Assembly: GCA_963719085.1 (NCBI GenBank)
Contig: CAVRAL010000001.1
Coordinates: 512,001-576,000, forward strand
Length of the DNA: 64,000 bases
DNA from: a candidate division FCPU426 bacterium
GTDB lineage: Bacteria > Oederibacteriota > Muellerivitia > Muellerivitales > Muellerivitaceae
Direction: 5' to 3'
Shown here: positions 8,992 through 18,216 of the stretch, one piece after another
How the letters are laid out: each line of letters opens with the position of its first letter
How positions within the stretch are numbered: position 1 is the first letter of the stretch
Made by a program: the position numbers and the translations under genes
The notes under the pieces: generated by a model
The model's input: only the letters and a program-made list of their open reading frames with translations
Databases searched by the model: none
What the model was told of the DNA's origin: nothing

Positions 8992-11076
8992 ATGCCGGAA
9001 GCGTTGGCTGCCCCAATTCAAAAGAACAACAGTGACCTGTTTTTCGCTTTCGCGGTGGTCATGGCCATCATCATGGTGGTCATCCCCCTGCCGCCGATTC
9101 TTTTGGATATTCTCATTTCCTTCAACATCACGATGGCTTTGGTCGTGGTGTTGATCACCATGTACACGTTGGAGCCGCTCCACTTTTCGATTTTCCCAAC
9201 CCTTTTGCTGATCACCACCTTGTTCCGTTTGGCCCTGAGCATCTCCGCCACCCGTTTGATCCTTTTGCACGGCAACGACGGGCCCCAGGCCGCTGGCCAT
9301 GTGATTGAGTCGATCGGGGCCGTGGTGGTCGGAGGGAGCTATTGGGTGGGATTCGTGGTTTTCCTCATCCTGATCATCATTCAATTCGTCGTGATCACCA
9401 GCGGTTCCCAGCGCGTGGCCGAAGTGGCGGCCCGTTTTACCTTGGATGCCATGCCGGGAAAACAAATGGCCATCGACGCGGATTTGAATTCCGGCTTGAT
9501 CAGCGATGATCAAGCCCGTCAGCGCCGCAAAGACGTCGAGCGGGAAGCGGATTTTTACGGAGCCATGGACGGAGCGAGCAAGTTCGTCCGCGGGGACGCC
9601 ATCGCGGCCATCATCATTATCATCATCAACGTGATCGGCGGTTTTGGCGTGGGACTCTTCAGCGGGGACATGACTGTCCCGGAAGTTTTGGAACGCTACA
9701 CGCTTTTATCGATCGGGGACGGTTTGGCCACGCAGATTCCGGCGCTGTTTCTTTCCATGGCCACCGGTATCGTGGTGACGCGCGCGGCGTCCGACAGCAA
9801 CTTGGGAACGGACTTGGTCCGTCAAATCACAGCCCAGCCTAAGGCCCTATGGATCGCGGCGGGCGTTTTGTTCGCCCTGTCACTGGTGCCCGGAATGCCT
9901 TTTTTAGCCTTCGCTTTTATCGCGGCGCTGACCGGTTGGCTGGCCTATACCATTGAAGCCACTACCCGCCGGGAAAAGGAGGAAGTGAAGAAAACCGAGG
10001 AACAGGTCGGTCAAGACAAAAGAAAAGAACCTGAAAATGTCTCTTCGCTCTTGCAAGTGGACCACTTAGAAATTGAAATCGGCTACAGCCTGATCCCCCT
10101 GGTCGATGAGGCCCAGGGCGGCGATTTGCTCGAAAGAATTACCGGCATCCGGCGTCAAATGGCGACCGATTTGGGTTTGGTGGTTCCCCCCATCCGCATC
10201 CGGGACAATATGCAATTACCTCCCTCTGAATATGTGATTAAGATTAAAGGGGTGGAAATCTCAAAGTGGAAAGTGATGTCGGGCCATTTATTGGCCATGT
10301 CTACGGGCCCCAATATGCCCGCGATTAAAGGGATTGAGACGAAAGAACCGACCTTTAACCTGACTTCTTATTGGATCACCGATGAGGAAAAAGCCGAGGC
10401 GGAGCAGGCCGGGTATACCGTGGTGGACGCCTCCACCGTCATCGCGACGCACCTCACCGAGATTATCCGCAATCAAGCCCATGAGTTTTTAACCCGGCAG
10501 AGCGTGGCGAAGCTGGTGGAGGGCGTCAAAAAAGAAACCCCGGCGGTGGTGGATGAAATCATCCCCTCGCAGTTGACGATCGGCGACCTGCAAAAAATAC
10601 TTCAAAATTTATTGAAAGAACATCTGCCGATCCGCGACATGGAAAGCATTCTGGAGTCCGTGGCCGATCATGTGCGCGAAACCAAGGACACCCAGCTTTT
10701 GACCGAATTCGCCCGCCGGGCGCTGTCGCGGTCGATCACCAAACTTTACCTTTCACCCGACGGGAAAATTTACTGCCTGACGCTTGACCCTAAGTTTGAG
10801 AAAACCATCCTGGATTCCATCCAAGCGGCTGAGAGCGGGAACGCCGCGGCGCTGGACCCCCGGCTGGTGCAGAAAATGTTCCGAAGCCTTTCCGCCGGAA
10901 TCGAAAAGATGGCCGGCGCCTCCCGGCAGCCTTTGGTTTTATGCTCGCCGGCGGTCCGTCCTTACTTTAAAAAAATGGTCGAGCGGTTCATCCCGCATTT
11001 AACCGTGCTTTCGTTCAGCGAACTTTTGCCCCGGACGGAGATTCAATCCATGGGAACGATTGAGGCCAACGAATGA
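8992..11076 (+). CDS. flhA: Flagellar export protein FlhA
   Basis: RVAEVAARFTLDAMPGKQMAIDADL, FYGAMDGASKFVRGDAIA. Confidence 0.98.
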   Translation: MPEALAAPIQKNNSDLFFAFAVVMAIIMVVIPLPPILLDILISFNITMALVVVLITMYTLEPLHFSIFPTLLLITTLFRLALSISATRLILLHGNDGPQAAGHVIESIGAVVVGGSYWVGFVVFLILIIIQFVVITSGSQRVAEVAARFTLDAMPGKQMAIDADLNSGLISDDQARQRRKDVEREADFYGAMDGASKFVRGDAIAAIIIIIINVIGGFGVGLFSGDMTVPEVLERYTLLSIGDGLATQIPALFLSMATGIVVTRAASDSNLGTDLVRQITAQPKALWIAAGVLFALSLVPGMPFLAFAFIAALTGWLAYTIEATTRREKEEVKKTEEQVGQDKRKEPENVSSLLQVDHLEIEIGYSLIPLVDEAQGGDLLERITGIRRQMATDLGLVVPPIRIRDNMQLPPSEYVIKIKGVEISKWKVMSGHLLAMSTGPNMPAIKGIETKEPTFNLTSYWITDEEKAEAEQAGYTVVDASTVIATHLTEIIRNQAHEFLTRQSVAKLVEGVKKETPAVVDEIIPSQLTIGDLQKILQNLLKEHLPIRDMESILESVADHVRETKDTQLLTEFARRALSRSITKLYLSPDGKIYCLTLDPKFEKTILDSIQAAESGNAAALDPRLVQKMFRSLSAGIEKMAGASRQPLVLCSPAVRPYFKKMVERFIPHLTVLSFSELLPRTEIQSMGTIEANE

Positions 11077-12275
11077 GAATAAAACGATACGAAGCGCCGA
11101 CCATCCAGGAAGCCCTCCAAAAAGTCAAAAAAGACTTGGGGCCGGAAGCCGTGATTCTTTACACCAAAACTTTCCGAAAAGGGGGAGTGCTGGGCATTTT
11201 TGGGAAGCCCATGGCGGAGATCACCGCGGGCATCGATTTGAACCTGATGGATGATGTGGCGAGGCGCAAAACCTCTTCTTCCGCGGGGATGATTGAAAGT
11301 CCGGAAACCATCCTTTTGAAATCGGCTGTCGCGCCTTCGTCTCCTTCGACCACGCCGCCGCTGGGGGGGGGCTTGGATCCGGCCCGCTCCAAGGTGCGCG
11401 CGCTTCAGCGGGAACTCAATGAGATGAAAACCTCGAGTTTGGCCGGGTCTTTGCGTGAGATGAATCCCATGGACAATTTGTCCCTGTTATCCGAGGCCTA
11501 TTCGAAGATCCGCAAAAAAATGGCGAAACAAGAAGTGGAGGATTTTCTCATCCAAAAAATCATCAAAGGAATGATGAGCGAAAAGGTGGATCCGGAAAAC
11601 GCTTCCGAGGTTCAGGATTGGGTTCAGCGGTTTGTGATGGGAACCATGAAAATCGCGGCGCCGGTGACTTTGGGCGGATTCCCCAAGGTTTTGGCCTTTG
11701 TGGGGCCCACGGGCGTGGGAAAAACAACGACTTTGGCCAAGTTGGCGGCCCGATTCAGCCTGATGGAGCGCAAAAAAGTGACCATGGTGACAGCGGATAC
11801 CTATCGAATCGCCGCCACGGAGCAATTAAAAACTTACGGCCGGATCATGGGGATTCCCGTGGAGGTTTGCGGCTCGGCGGAAGAGATTACCGATATTTTG
11901 AACCGTCATAAAAACATGGACCTGATTCTTTTGGATACGGCGGGGCGCAGTCCCTCGAATGAGAGCCAACTGGATGAGTTGAAAAAATTCATCGTGAAAA
12001 GCCAACCGGATGAAATCCATCTCGTTTTATCGGCGACCACCAAGTATTTCGACATGATTAAGATCATCGAGCGTTTTGGACTGGCGGTTCCGATCAACCG
12101 GATGATTTTTACCAAGCTGGATGAGACGAGATATTACGGGGCCTTTTTAAATTTGATGAATAATTTTCAAATCCCATTGTCTTATTGCTCGTTGGGACAA
12201 AATGTTCCGGATGATCTTGAAATTCCCGACGCCAAAACTCTTTCGGAACGGATTGTCAAAGCTTTGCTGGGCTGA
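11073..12275 (+). CDS. flhF: SRP-family GTPase FlhF
   Basis: GPTGVGKTTTLAKLAA, DTYRIAA, DTAGRS, TKLDET, GQNVPDDL. Confidence 0.97.
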   Translation: MRIKRYEAPTIQEALQKVKKDLGPEAVILYTKTFRKGGVLGIFGKPMAEITAGIDLNLMDDVARRKTSSSAGMIESPETILLKSAVAPSSPSTTPPLGGGLDPARSKVRALQRELNEMKTSSLAGSLREMNPMDNLSLLSEAYSKIRKKMAKQEVEDFLIQKIIKGMMSEKVDPENASEVQDWVQRFVMGTMKIAAPVTLGGFPKVLAFVGPTGVGKTTTLAKLAARFSLMERKKVTMVTADTYRIAATEQLKTYGRIMGIPVEVCGSAEEITDILNRHKNMDLILLDTAGRSPSNESQLDELKKFIVKSQPDEIHLVLSATTKYFDMIKIIERFGLAVPINRMIFTKLDETRYYGAFLNLMNNFQIPLSYCSLGQNVPDDLEIPDAKTLSERIVKALLG

Positions 12276-12291
12276 ACTTTAAGGGGGACTT

Positions 12292-13194
12292 GTGCAGGAT
12301 CAAGCCGAAAAGCTTCGACAATTGATGGGCACGCTTCAACCCAGCGCGCGCCCCGAGAACCCTTCCTTGACTCATGGCCAAGCGCGCGTCATCGCCGTGA
12401 CCAGCGGAAAAGGCGGGGTGGGTAAGAGCAACATCTCGGTCAATTTGGCCTTGCTGATGGCCCTCAAGGGAAAGAAAGTCCTTTTGGTCGACGCGGATAT
12501 GGGATTGGCGAACGTGGATGTTTTGCTCGGCCTAATTCCCCAATTCACCTTGGTCAATGTGTTGAACGGACAAAAAAAGCTTTCGGAGATCATCATTGAG
12601 GGGCCCTTGGGCATCCGTTTGGTGGCTTCGGGCTCCGGCGGGGTGCAGGAATTGGCGGACTTGAATGAGACTCAGCGGAATAATTTTTTACAATCGCTCT
12701 CCGACCTTCAAAGCGACGCCGATATCGTCCTCATCGATACGGGGGCCGGCCTTCACCGCAATGTTCTGGCTTTTGTGCTGGCCGCCGAGGAGGCGTTGGT
12801 GGTCACCACGCCGGAGCCCACCGCGCTTATGGACGCTTATGGCATGATCAAAATCGTTCAACGGGAAAAAAAGAACGCCGCAATCAAGGTGTTTGTCAAT
12901 ATGGCGACCAATCAACTGGAAGCCGATGAGGCGGGGAAGAAGCTGGTGATCCTTTCCAAACGTTTTTTAAATCTGGATATCCAATATCTGGGGTTCGCGC
13001 TTCGGGATATGGGCGTGGTTAAAAGCGTTCGGGCGCAAAAACCCGTGGTTCTTTCCAACCCGCTGAACCCTTTTGCGGTAAGCTTGTCCAGAATCGCCGA
13101 TCTTTTATTGTCCAAAGACGAAAAAGATGAAAATGTGAATTTGATTAATTTTTTCAAGAAAGTCACTCAAATTTTTGGCGGGAAAAACCAATGA
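12292..13194 (+). CDS. flhG: MinD-like ATPase FlhG/FleN
   Basis: MQDQAEKLR start, SGKGGVGKS, DADMGLAN, TTPEPTALMDAY; follows flhF. Confidence 0.95.
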   Translation: MQDQAEKLRQLMGTLQPSARPENPSLTHGQARVIAVTSGKGGVGKSNISVNLALLMALKGKKVLLVDADMGLANVDVLLGLIPQFTLVNVLNGQKKLSEIIIEGPLGIRLVASGSGGVQELADLNETQRNNFLQSLSDLQSDADIVLIDTGAGLHRNVLAFVLAAEEALVVTTPEPTALMDAYGMIKIVQREKKNAAIKVFVNMATNQLEADEAGKKLVILSKRFLNLDIQYLGFALRDMGVVKSVRAQKPVVLSNPLNPFAVSLSRIADLLLSKDEKDENVNLINFFKKVTQIFGGKNQ

Positions 13195-13610
13195 GCGATA
13201 AACCCAAAGGTCAAAAAAGACGTTTTGTGCGGCTGGACGTGGTTTTGCCGGTGAAATACCGCAAGTACACGGGTAATCCCATTTTCATCAGCAATTTTAA
13301 TGTGGGGCGCACCATCGATCTTTCCAGCGGCGGGATTAAATTGAGCGTCAGCCGGCCGATCCCGGTGGGGTCGAAATTGGATATGGAAATTGAGTTGGAT
13401 GATCAAACCGCTTCCTACGTTGTCGGCAAGGTGCTGGGCGGGGAAGACAAGGTGATTGACGGAATCGGCAGGAGAATCGAGAAAATCAATTTCGTGGAGC
13501 TTGATCCGGAAGCGCAGGACATGATCATGAAATTTATTTTCAACAACCAACGCAAACAAGTGCGGCAAAGCCTGAAGAAACCAGAGGTGGATAATGGCAA
13601 AAAAAGATAA
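13191..13610 (+). CDS. PilZ-domain c-di-GMP receptor
   Basis: RRFVR (RxxxR) and DLSSGG (D/NxSxxG) motifs. Confidence 0.88.
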   Translation: MSDKPKGQKRRFVRLDVVLPVKYRKYTGNPIFISNFNVGRTIDLSSGGIKLSVSRPIPVGSKLDMEIELDDQTASYVVGKVLGGEDKVIDGIGRRIEKINFVELDPEAQDMIMKFIFNNQRKQVRQSLKKPEVDNGKKR

Positions 13611-14004
13611 TAAGAACACATATGAGATCACCCGTGAAAGACCCACGGGTTCTTTCGGGCTTCTCTTATCCGGCGGCGCGGCCGGAACCGTCTTTTTGTT
13701 TTTAGTCACATTGTTGATCGGCGCCTACGCCGGCATCAGCTTGGATAACCTGATTTTTTACTTTTTGTTGTCCGGTTTCGCCGGATTTATTTTGGGCGCC
13801 GGGGTGACCTGGATCATCATCCGTTATTTTGGGGAGATCATCCATTTTTCAAGCCTGGTGCCTTCGGCTGCGGCCGCGGCAAGCCAGCCCGCCGAACCGG
13901 AGACGCCCATGGAAACCGAGCCGGTGGTAGAAGAGGGGAGCGAAGAAAAGGGGAAATCCGTGGATTATGTTTTCCCCGAATTTTCGCCTGAGAATCAGTC
14001 GTAA
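13594..14004 (+). CDS. Hypothetical membrane protein (2 TM, acidic tail)
   Basis: Overlaps PilZ gene, GAGG RBS, two hydrophobic helices, E/P-rich tail. Confidence 0.7.
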   Translation: MAKKDNKNTYEITRERPTGSFGLLLSGGAAGTVFLFLVTLLIGAYAGISLDNLIFYFLLSGFAGFILGAGVTWIIIRYFGEIIHFSSLVPSAAAAASQPAEPETPMETEPVVEEGSEEKGKSVDYVFPEFSPENQS

Positions 14005-14010
14005 ACGGAT

Positions 14011-14850
14011 ATGGCCTCGGCTGAAAAGAATGACGCGGTTTGGAAAAAGTTCTTAAAGGACAAAAACGCCAAGGACCGTGATTTTTTAGCCCGCTTTTAT
14101 TTTTTTTTAGTTGAGGCGGAAAGTCGAAGGCTTTTGGCCCGGCTTCCCTTGAAGGCTTATTGGGAAAAGAAGGATGATTTGGTTTCGGCGGGCTCCATCG
14201 GCCTTTTGCAGGCCTTGGATCACTTCGCGCCGCCCCCGGGGAAAGGCGCTTCGCCGGGACGGGCTTTCGAGGCTTATGCCCGATACCGCATCCGCGGGCA
14301 GATGGTGGATGAGCTCCGCCACATGGACTTCGCGAGGAGAAATTTAAGGAAACAAGAAAAAACGATTCAAGAAGCCAGGCGTAAACTGGAGCAAAAATTC
14401 GGGCGCGCGCCGTCGGAAGAGGAAATCGCCAAAAGTTTGGGAATGCCGCTGGACGAGCTTTACGATTTTGTGGCCGAGATCAACATGTTGAACCTTTTGT
14501 CCCTGGACGCCGAATTGGACGGTTCGGGGGGTGAAAAGGGAGCTTGGACCGATATATTGCCGGATCCCAAGGCCGAAAATGCCCTTGATAAAGTGGAGAA
14601 ACAAGAGAGAATTGAAATGGTGACGGAATCCTTGAAAAAGCTGTCGGATTCCGAGCAAAAAGTGCTTCAATTCTATTATTCCGAAAATTTAACCTTCAAA
14701 GAAGTCGGCCGGGTTCTAGGGGTGAGCGAGTCGCGGGTATGTCAAATTCATCATATGGCGGTTTTTAAACTACAGAAGAGTGTCGATGAAAGGCGGGAAC
14801 ATGACGGAGCCCAATATGGACGGCTATATAACCATCACCAACGAAAATGA
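14011..14850 (+). CDS. fliA: RNA polymerase sigma factor FliA/WhiG (sigma28)
   Basis: DDLVSAGSIGLLQAL, FEAYARYRIRGQMVDELR, LTFKEVGRVLGVSESRVCQIH; flagellar context. Confidence 0.93.
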   Translation: MASAEKNDAVWKKFLKDKNAKDRDFLARFYFFLVEAESRRLLARLPLKAYWEKKDDLVSAGSIGLLQALDHFAPPPGKGASPGRAFEAYARYRIRGQMVDELRHMDFARRNLRKQEKTIQEARRKLEQKFGRAPSEEEIAKSLGMPLDELYDFVAEINMLNLLSLDAELDGSGGEKGAWTDILPDPKAENALDKVEKQERIEMVTESLKKLSDSEQKVLQFYYSENLTFKEVGRVLGVSESRVCQIHHMAVFKLQKSVDERREHDGAQYGRLYNHHQRK

Positions 14851-16480
14851 CGGTGTGTATTTGACCGTTTTCCCCCCGCAGGGCAAAGGCATTAAGCCGA
14901 CCCTGGAAAGCGTCAAGCAGGAATTATCCAAGTACAAGATCGCGGTCGACAATGAAAGCTTTTTGGCGGCGTTGGTTGAGAAGTCCGCCGGTGTTCCCCA
15001 GAAAATATCCGGGGCCCAGAGCGCTTTGGGCCAAGACCAGATTTTTGTCGAAATTACCGACGACGAGATGATGTCCAAGGTGACCGTGGTTCCGCCCCAA
15101 AATGAAAAAGAGCATTTTGTGACCATTGATGACGTTCGGGAGGCCCTGCGGCGCAAAAATGTCACCTTTGGGATTGACGAGAACAAGATGACGGAATTGT
15201 CGGCGAAACTTTCGGCCATGGCCGCCGATAAAAATTTAAGCGAGCCGGTGGAGATGGAAGTGGCCTTTGGGACCCTGGTGAAGGACGGGGAAGACGGCCG
15301 GATCGATTATTTATATAAAACCGAGACGGCGGCGGTGGAAGCGGCCCCGGCTCCGGAAGAAACCGAGGACGGCCGCATTGATTACCGGGCCGCCCACCAT
15401 ATCGACAATATCGCCAAGGGCACTTTATTGGCGCGGAAAATCTCGGCGACCAAGGGGACGCCGGGAATGACGGTTACCGGTAAGGCCACCGAATCCCATG
15501 ACGGCAAAGAGATTGAGGTGGTGGCGGGCAAAGGCGTGGTGGTTTCCCCTACGAATAAGGATGAGTGGCTCGCCGATACGGATGGCCAGGTGATCGTTAA
15601 AGAGAACAAAATATCGGTCATGGCCTTGTATGAGGTGGCGGGCGACGTGAACTTTTCCACCGGAAACATCGATTTTGTGGGGACCGTCATTGTTCGGGGC
15701 GACGTGAAGGATGGATTTAAGGTTTTTGCCGGCGAGGATCTCATTATCAACGGAGTGGTAGAGGCCGCGGAGCTCAAGGCGAACGGGAAGCTGACCATCG
15801 GCGGTGGGGTCAGCGGAAGCGACCGGGCGAAAATCTCATGCCAGGGAGACGCCAACATCAAATACGTGCGCAACGCCCAAGTGGAAGTCGGCGGTGATTT
15901 ATCCACCGCGCAAGCCATCATGCACAGCAAGGTGACCGTGGGCCGAAAAGTGACGGTGGCGGGAAAAAAAGGCGTGATTGTGGGCGGCCAAGTGATCGCC
16001 GGGCAAGAAGTGAACGCCGCCTCCATCGGGTCCAATTTCGCCACACCAACGGAAATTATTGTGGGGGAAGCCCTGGGATTGCGCGATGAAATCCAAAAAA
16101 CGGAAGCCGAGTTGAAGGCGGCGGTTGAAAATCTTGAGAAAACAAAAAAAGGCCTGCAATTCCTCAAGGATCAACAGGCCAAGCTGGGGGGCAATCTTCC
16201 GCCGGACAAAAAAGAACTTTTAACCAAATTGACCAGGGCTCAATTCAAACTGATGGCGGACACCAAAAATTTCGCTGAAAAGCGCCAGGAACTGGAAAAG
16301 AAAGAACAGGAAGGTTCCGAGGATCGGCGCCGCCACGCCAAAGTCATGTGCCTGGGGGTGATTCATAATGGGGTGAAAATCACCATTAACAAGGCCTCCC
16401 GTCAAATCGCCGAAGAGTTAAAATACTGTACCTTGACTGAGTCCGATGGCGAAATAAGAGTGGGCCCTTATAAAGGTTGA
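14801..16480 (+). CDS. fapA: FapA / DUF342 family flagellar assembly protein
   Basis: GDVNFSTGNIDFVGTVIVRGDV beta-helix, GVIVGG, coiled coil; follows fliA; ATG at 14801 chosen (ORF open from 14780). Confidence 0.88.
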   Translation: MTEPNMDGYITITNENDGVYLTVFPPQGKGIKPTLESVKQELSKYKIAVDNESFLAALVEKSAGVPQKISGAQSALGQDQIFVEITDDEMMSKVTVVPPQNEKEHFVTIDDVREALRRKNVTFGIDENKMTELSAKLSAMAADKNLSEPVEMEVAFGTLVKDGEDGRIDYLYKTETAAVEAAPAPEETEDGRIDYRAAHHIDNIAKGTLLARKISATKGTPGMTVTGKATESHDGKEIEVVAGKGVVVSPTNKDEWLADTDGQVIVKENKISVMALYEVAGDVNFSTGNIDFVGTVIVRGDVKDGFKVFAGEDLIINGVVEAAELKANGKLTIGGGVSGSDRAKISCQGDANIKYVRNAQVEVGGDLSTAQAIMHSKVTVGRKVTVAGKKGVIVGGQVIAGQEVNAASIGSNFATPTEIIVGEALGLRDEIQKTEAELKAAVENLEKTKKGLQFLKDQQAKLGGNLPPDKKELLTKLTRAQFKLMADTKNFAEKRQELEKKEQEGSEDRRRHAKVMCLGVIHNGVKITINKASRQIAEELKYCTLTESDGEIRVGPYKG

Positions 16481-16607
16481 ACCCGCAATGGAGGGTAACC
16501 CGCTAGGGAGAGTTCGAGCGTGTAAGGCGGGTTAAGACTCGGTTGAGGTTTCGAGGTAGGCCGGAGCGAAGGGTAGGGCGGTTGAAGGCGATCCCAAGGA
16601 ATAAGCC

Positions 16608-17195
16608 ATGTTCTTTTTGATAGTTCAAACTCTTTTTGATGCGGTTCTTCTCGCCGCGATTGTTTTTATTTTTCATTTTACCAACCATGAAATGAGCAAA
16701 AAGAAGGAAGAGGCCGATTTACTCAAAGCCCTCCAAGTTCAGGAAATCAAGGACCAACTCCAAGAGCTTTTGATGACCCTCAAGCAACTGGGGAAGGAAG
16801 TCTCGGACGATATCCAGGCTCAAGTGATGGAGGCGGAATTGAAAACGGACCTCATCCGAAAAAGCACGGTTAAAATTCAACGGGACTTGAAAAAAACATT
16901 GGCGTTGGCCGAGGAAGTGAACATCGAGAAGAAACGGCTTGAGGAAAAAGTCGAGATCATCCGGATGAAGCCGAAAAATGAGCCCCGGGCGCCGTTGACC
17001 GCCAAAGGCGCCGAATCGACGGAAAATAACTTGGGAAACTTGTCCTTGAACGATTCGGATTTGGTCCGCCAAGTTTATCAGTTGGCCGACGCGGAGGTGG
17101 ATGTGGACTCGATTTCTAAAAAGACCCATTTGACCCAAGGCGAGATTCAATTGATATTGAATTTGCGCGGGAATCGTTTTTCGACCCCGAATTAA
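16608..17195 (+). CDS. Membrane-anchored coiled-coil protein with C-terminal HTH-like segment (DUF6115/DUF2802-like)
   Basis: N-terminal TM, coiled coil, VYQLADAEVDVDSISKKTHLTQGEIQLILNL. Confidence 0.6.
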   Translation: MFFLIVQTLFDAVLLAAIVFIFHFTNHEMSKKKEEADLLKALQVQEIKDQLQELLMTLKQLGKEVSDDIQAQVMEAELKTDLIRKSTVKIQRDLKKTLALAEEVNIEKKRLEEKVEIIRMKPKNEPRAPLTAKGAESTENNLGNLSLNDSDLVRQVYQLADAEVDVDSISKKTHLTQGEIQLILNLRGNRFSTPN

Positions 17196-17846
17196 ATGGA
17201 AAAAGTTGTCGCGGCCGCCGGCGGGAATTTTTCCCCAAATCCCTTGGGCGGGATTAAAAATTTAAGGTCAGTCGCCGCCGTCATCGAGAAAAACATCCGG
17301 CCCGGGCAATTTTGGGCCGCGCTTGAAAATGGGGAGCGAATCAAGGTTCATGGCGCCGCGGAATTGACCGTGGGCCAAAAAGTAACCGTGTTGATGCCGG
17401 GCCCCGCGAATGCGGACAGGGCCAAGGCCGCGACCCTTTTGGCGGAAAGCGGCCCTTTGGCCGACAAAAGCGCGATGGTGTGGACCGCGCTGCTTCCTTT
17501 TGATTTCGCCCCGGGGCCGGGAGGGGGTGTGGCGAAGCTTGAGGTTTTTGTCGAGAAAGTGAAAAGGCATTCCTTGGAAAAGGCGGGCCGGGCCAGCTAT
17601 TTGGTTTTTACGACCGATTTTGAAAATGGGGATACCTTGCAATGGAGTGTTTATCTCAAGGGTAAAAATATATCCTTGCAAATTTATTCCAGTGAAAAAA
17701 CGGCTCAGCGGCATGACATGGACAAGTTGTCGGGGGAACTCGAGAAGCGGCTTAAAAAGTTGGGGTTTGTTTTGACCGCGCCCACGGTGCGGTTAGTGAA
17801 GCCCTTTAAGATTCCCCAGGGGTTTCGCTTGAATGTGAGGGCTTAA
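17196..17846 (+). CDS. Hypothetical protein, possibly degenerate FliK-C-like partner of the FlhB-like protein
   Basis: Abuts neighbours; C-terminal beta-beta-beta-alpha pattern ending GFRLNVRA; upstream of FlhB-like gene. Confidence 0.45.
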   Translation: MEKVVAAAGGNFSPNPLGGIKNLRSVAAVIEKNIRPGQFWAALENGERIKVHGAAELTVGQKVTVLMPGPANADRAKAATLLAESGPLADKSAMVWTALLPFDFAPGPGGGVAKLEVFVEKVKRHSLEKAGRASYLVFTTDFENGDTLQWSVYLKGKNISLQIYSSEKTAQRHDMDKLSGELEKRLKKLGFVLTAPTVRLVKPFKIPQGFRLNVRA

Positions 17847-17847
17847 G

Positions 17848-18147
17848 TTGGGTCTTTTGGATCGGGCTAAAAAAAGGAAGATCTTTCGCAAAGCCGCGGT
17901 CGCGCTTCGGTACGATAAAAAGGCCATGCCGGCGCCGTTGGTTGTGGCCAAGGGACGCGGGGTAGTCGCTGAAAAATTAATCGAATTGGCCCGAAAAAGC
18001 GGGGTTCCGGTTTTGGAAGACCGTCTTTTAGTGGAGACATTGGACCAATTAAACGTGAATCAGGAGATTCCGCCTGAGCTTTATCAGGTGGTGGCCGAGA
18101 TTTTGGTGACGCTTTATAAAGCTGAAACCGGAATGCGAAAACAGTAA
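17848..18147 (+). CDS. FlhB C-terminal-like protein (EscU/YscU/HrcU family, YlqH/FlhX-like)
   Basis: AVALRYD...APLVVAKGRG..AEKLI, EIPPELYQVVAEIL. Confidence 0.92.
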   Translation: MGLLDRAKKRKIFRKAAVALRYDKKAMPAPLVVAKGRGVVAEKLIELARKSGVPVLEDRLLVETLDQLNVNQEIPPELYQVVAEILVTLYKAETGMRKQ

Positions 18148-18216
18148 ACTAGTAGATGGTCGTGGCGAGGCGTATCCATTAAACCAATTGTCCAAGGGCT
18201 TGTTTGGGCATGAAGG

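Noticed and set aside
14100..14108. T9 tract in fliA (also T9 in fliO at 5334-5342) as phase-variation sites
   Set aside because: Long T/A runs are common throughout this sequence and encode Phe-rich segments.
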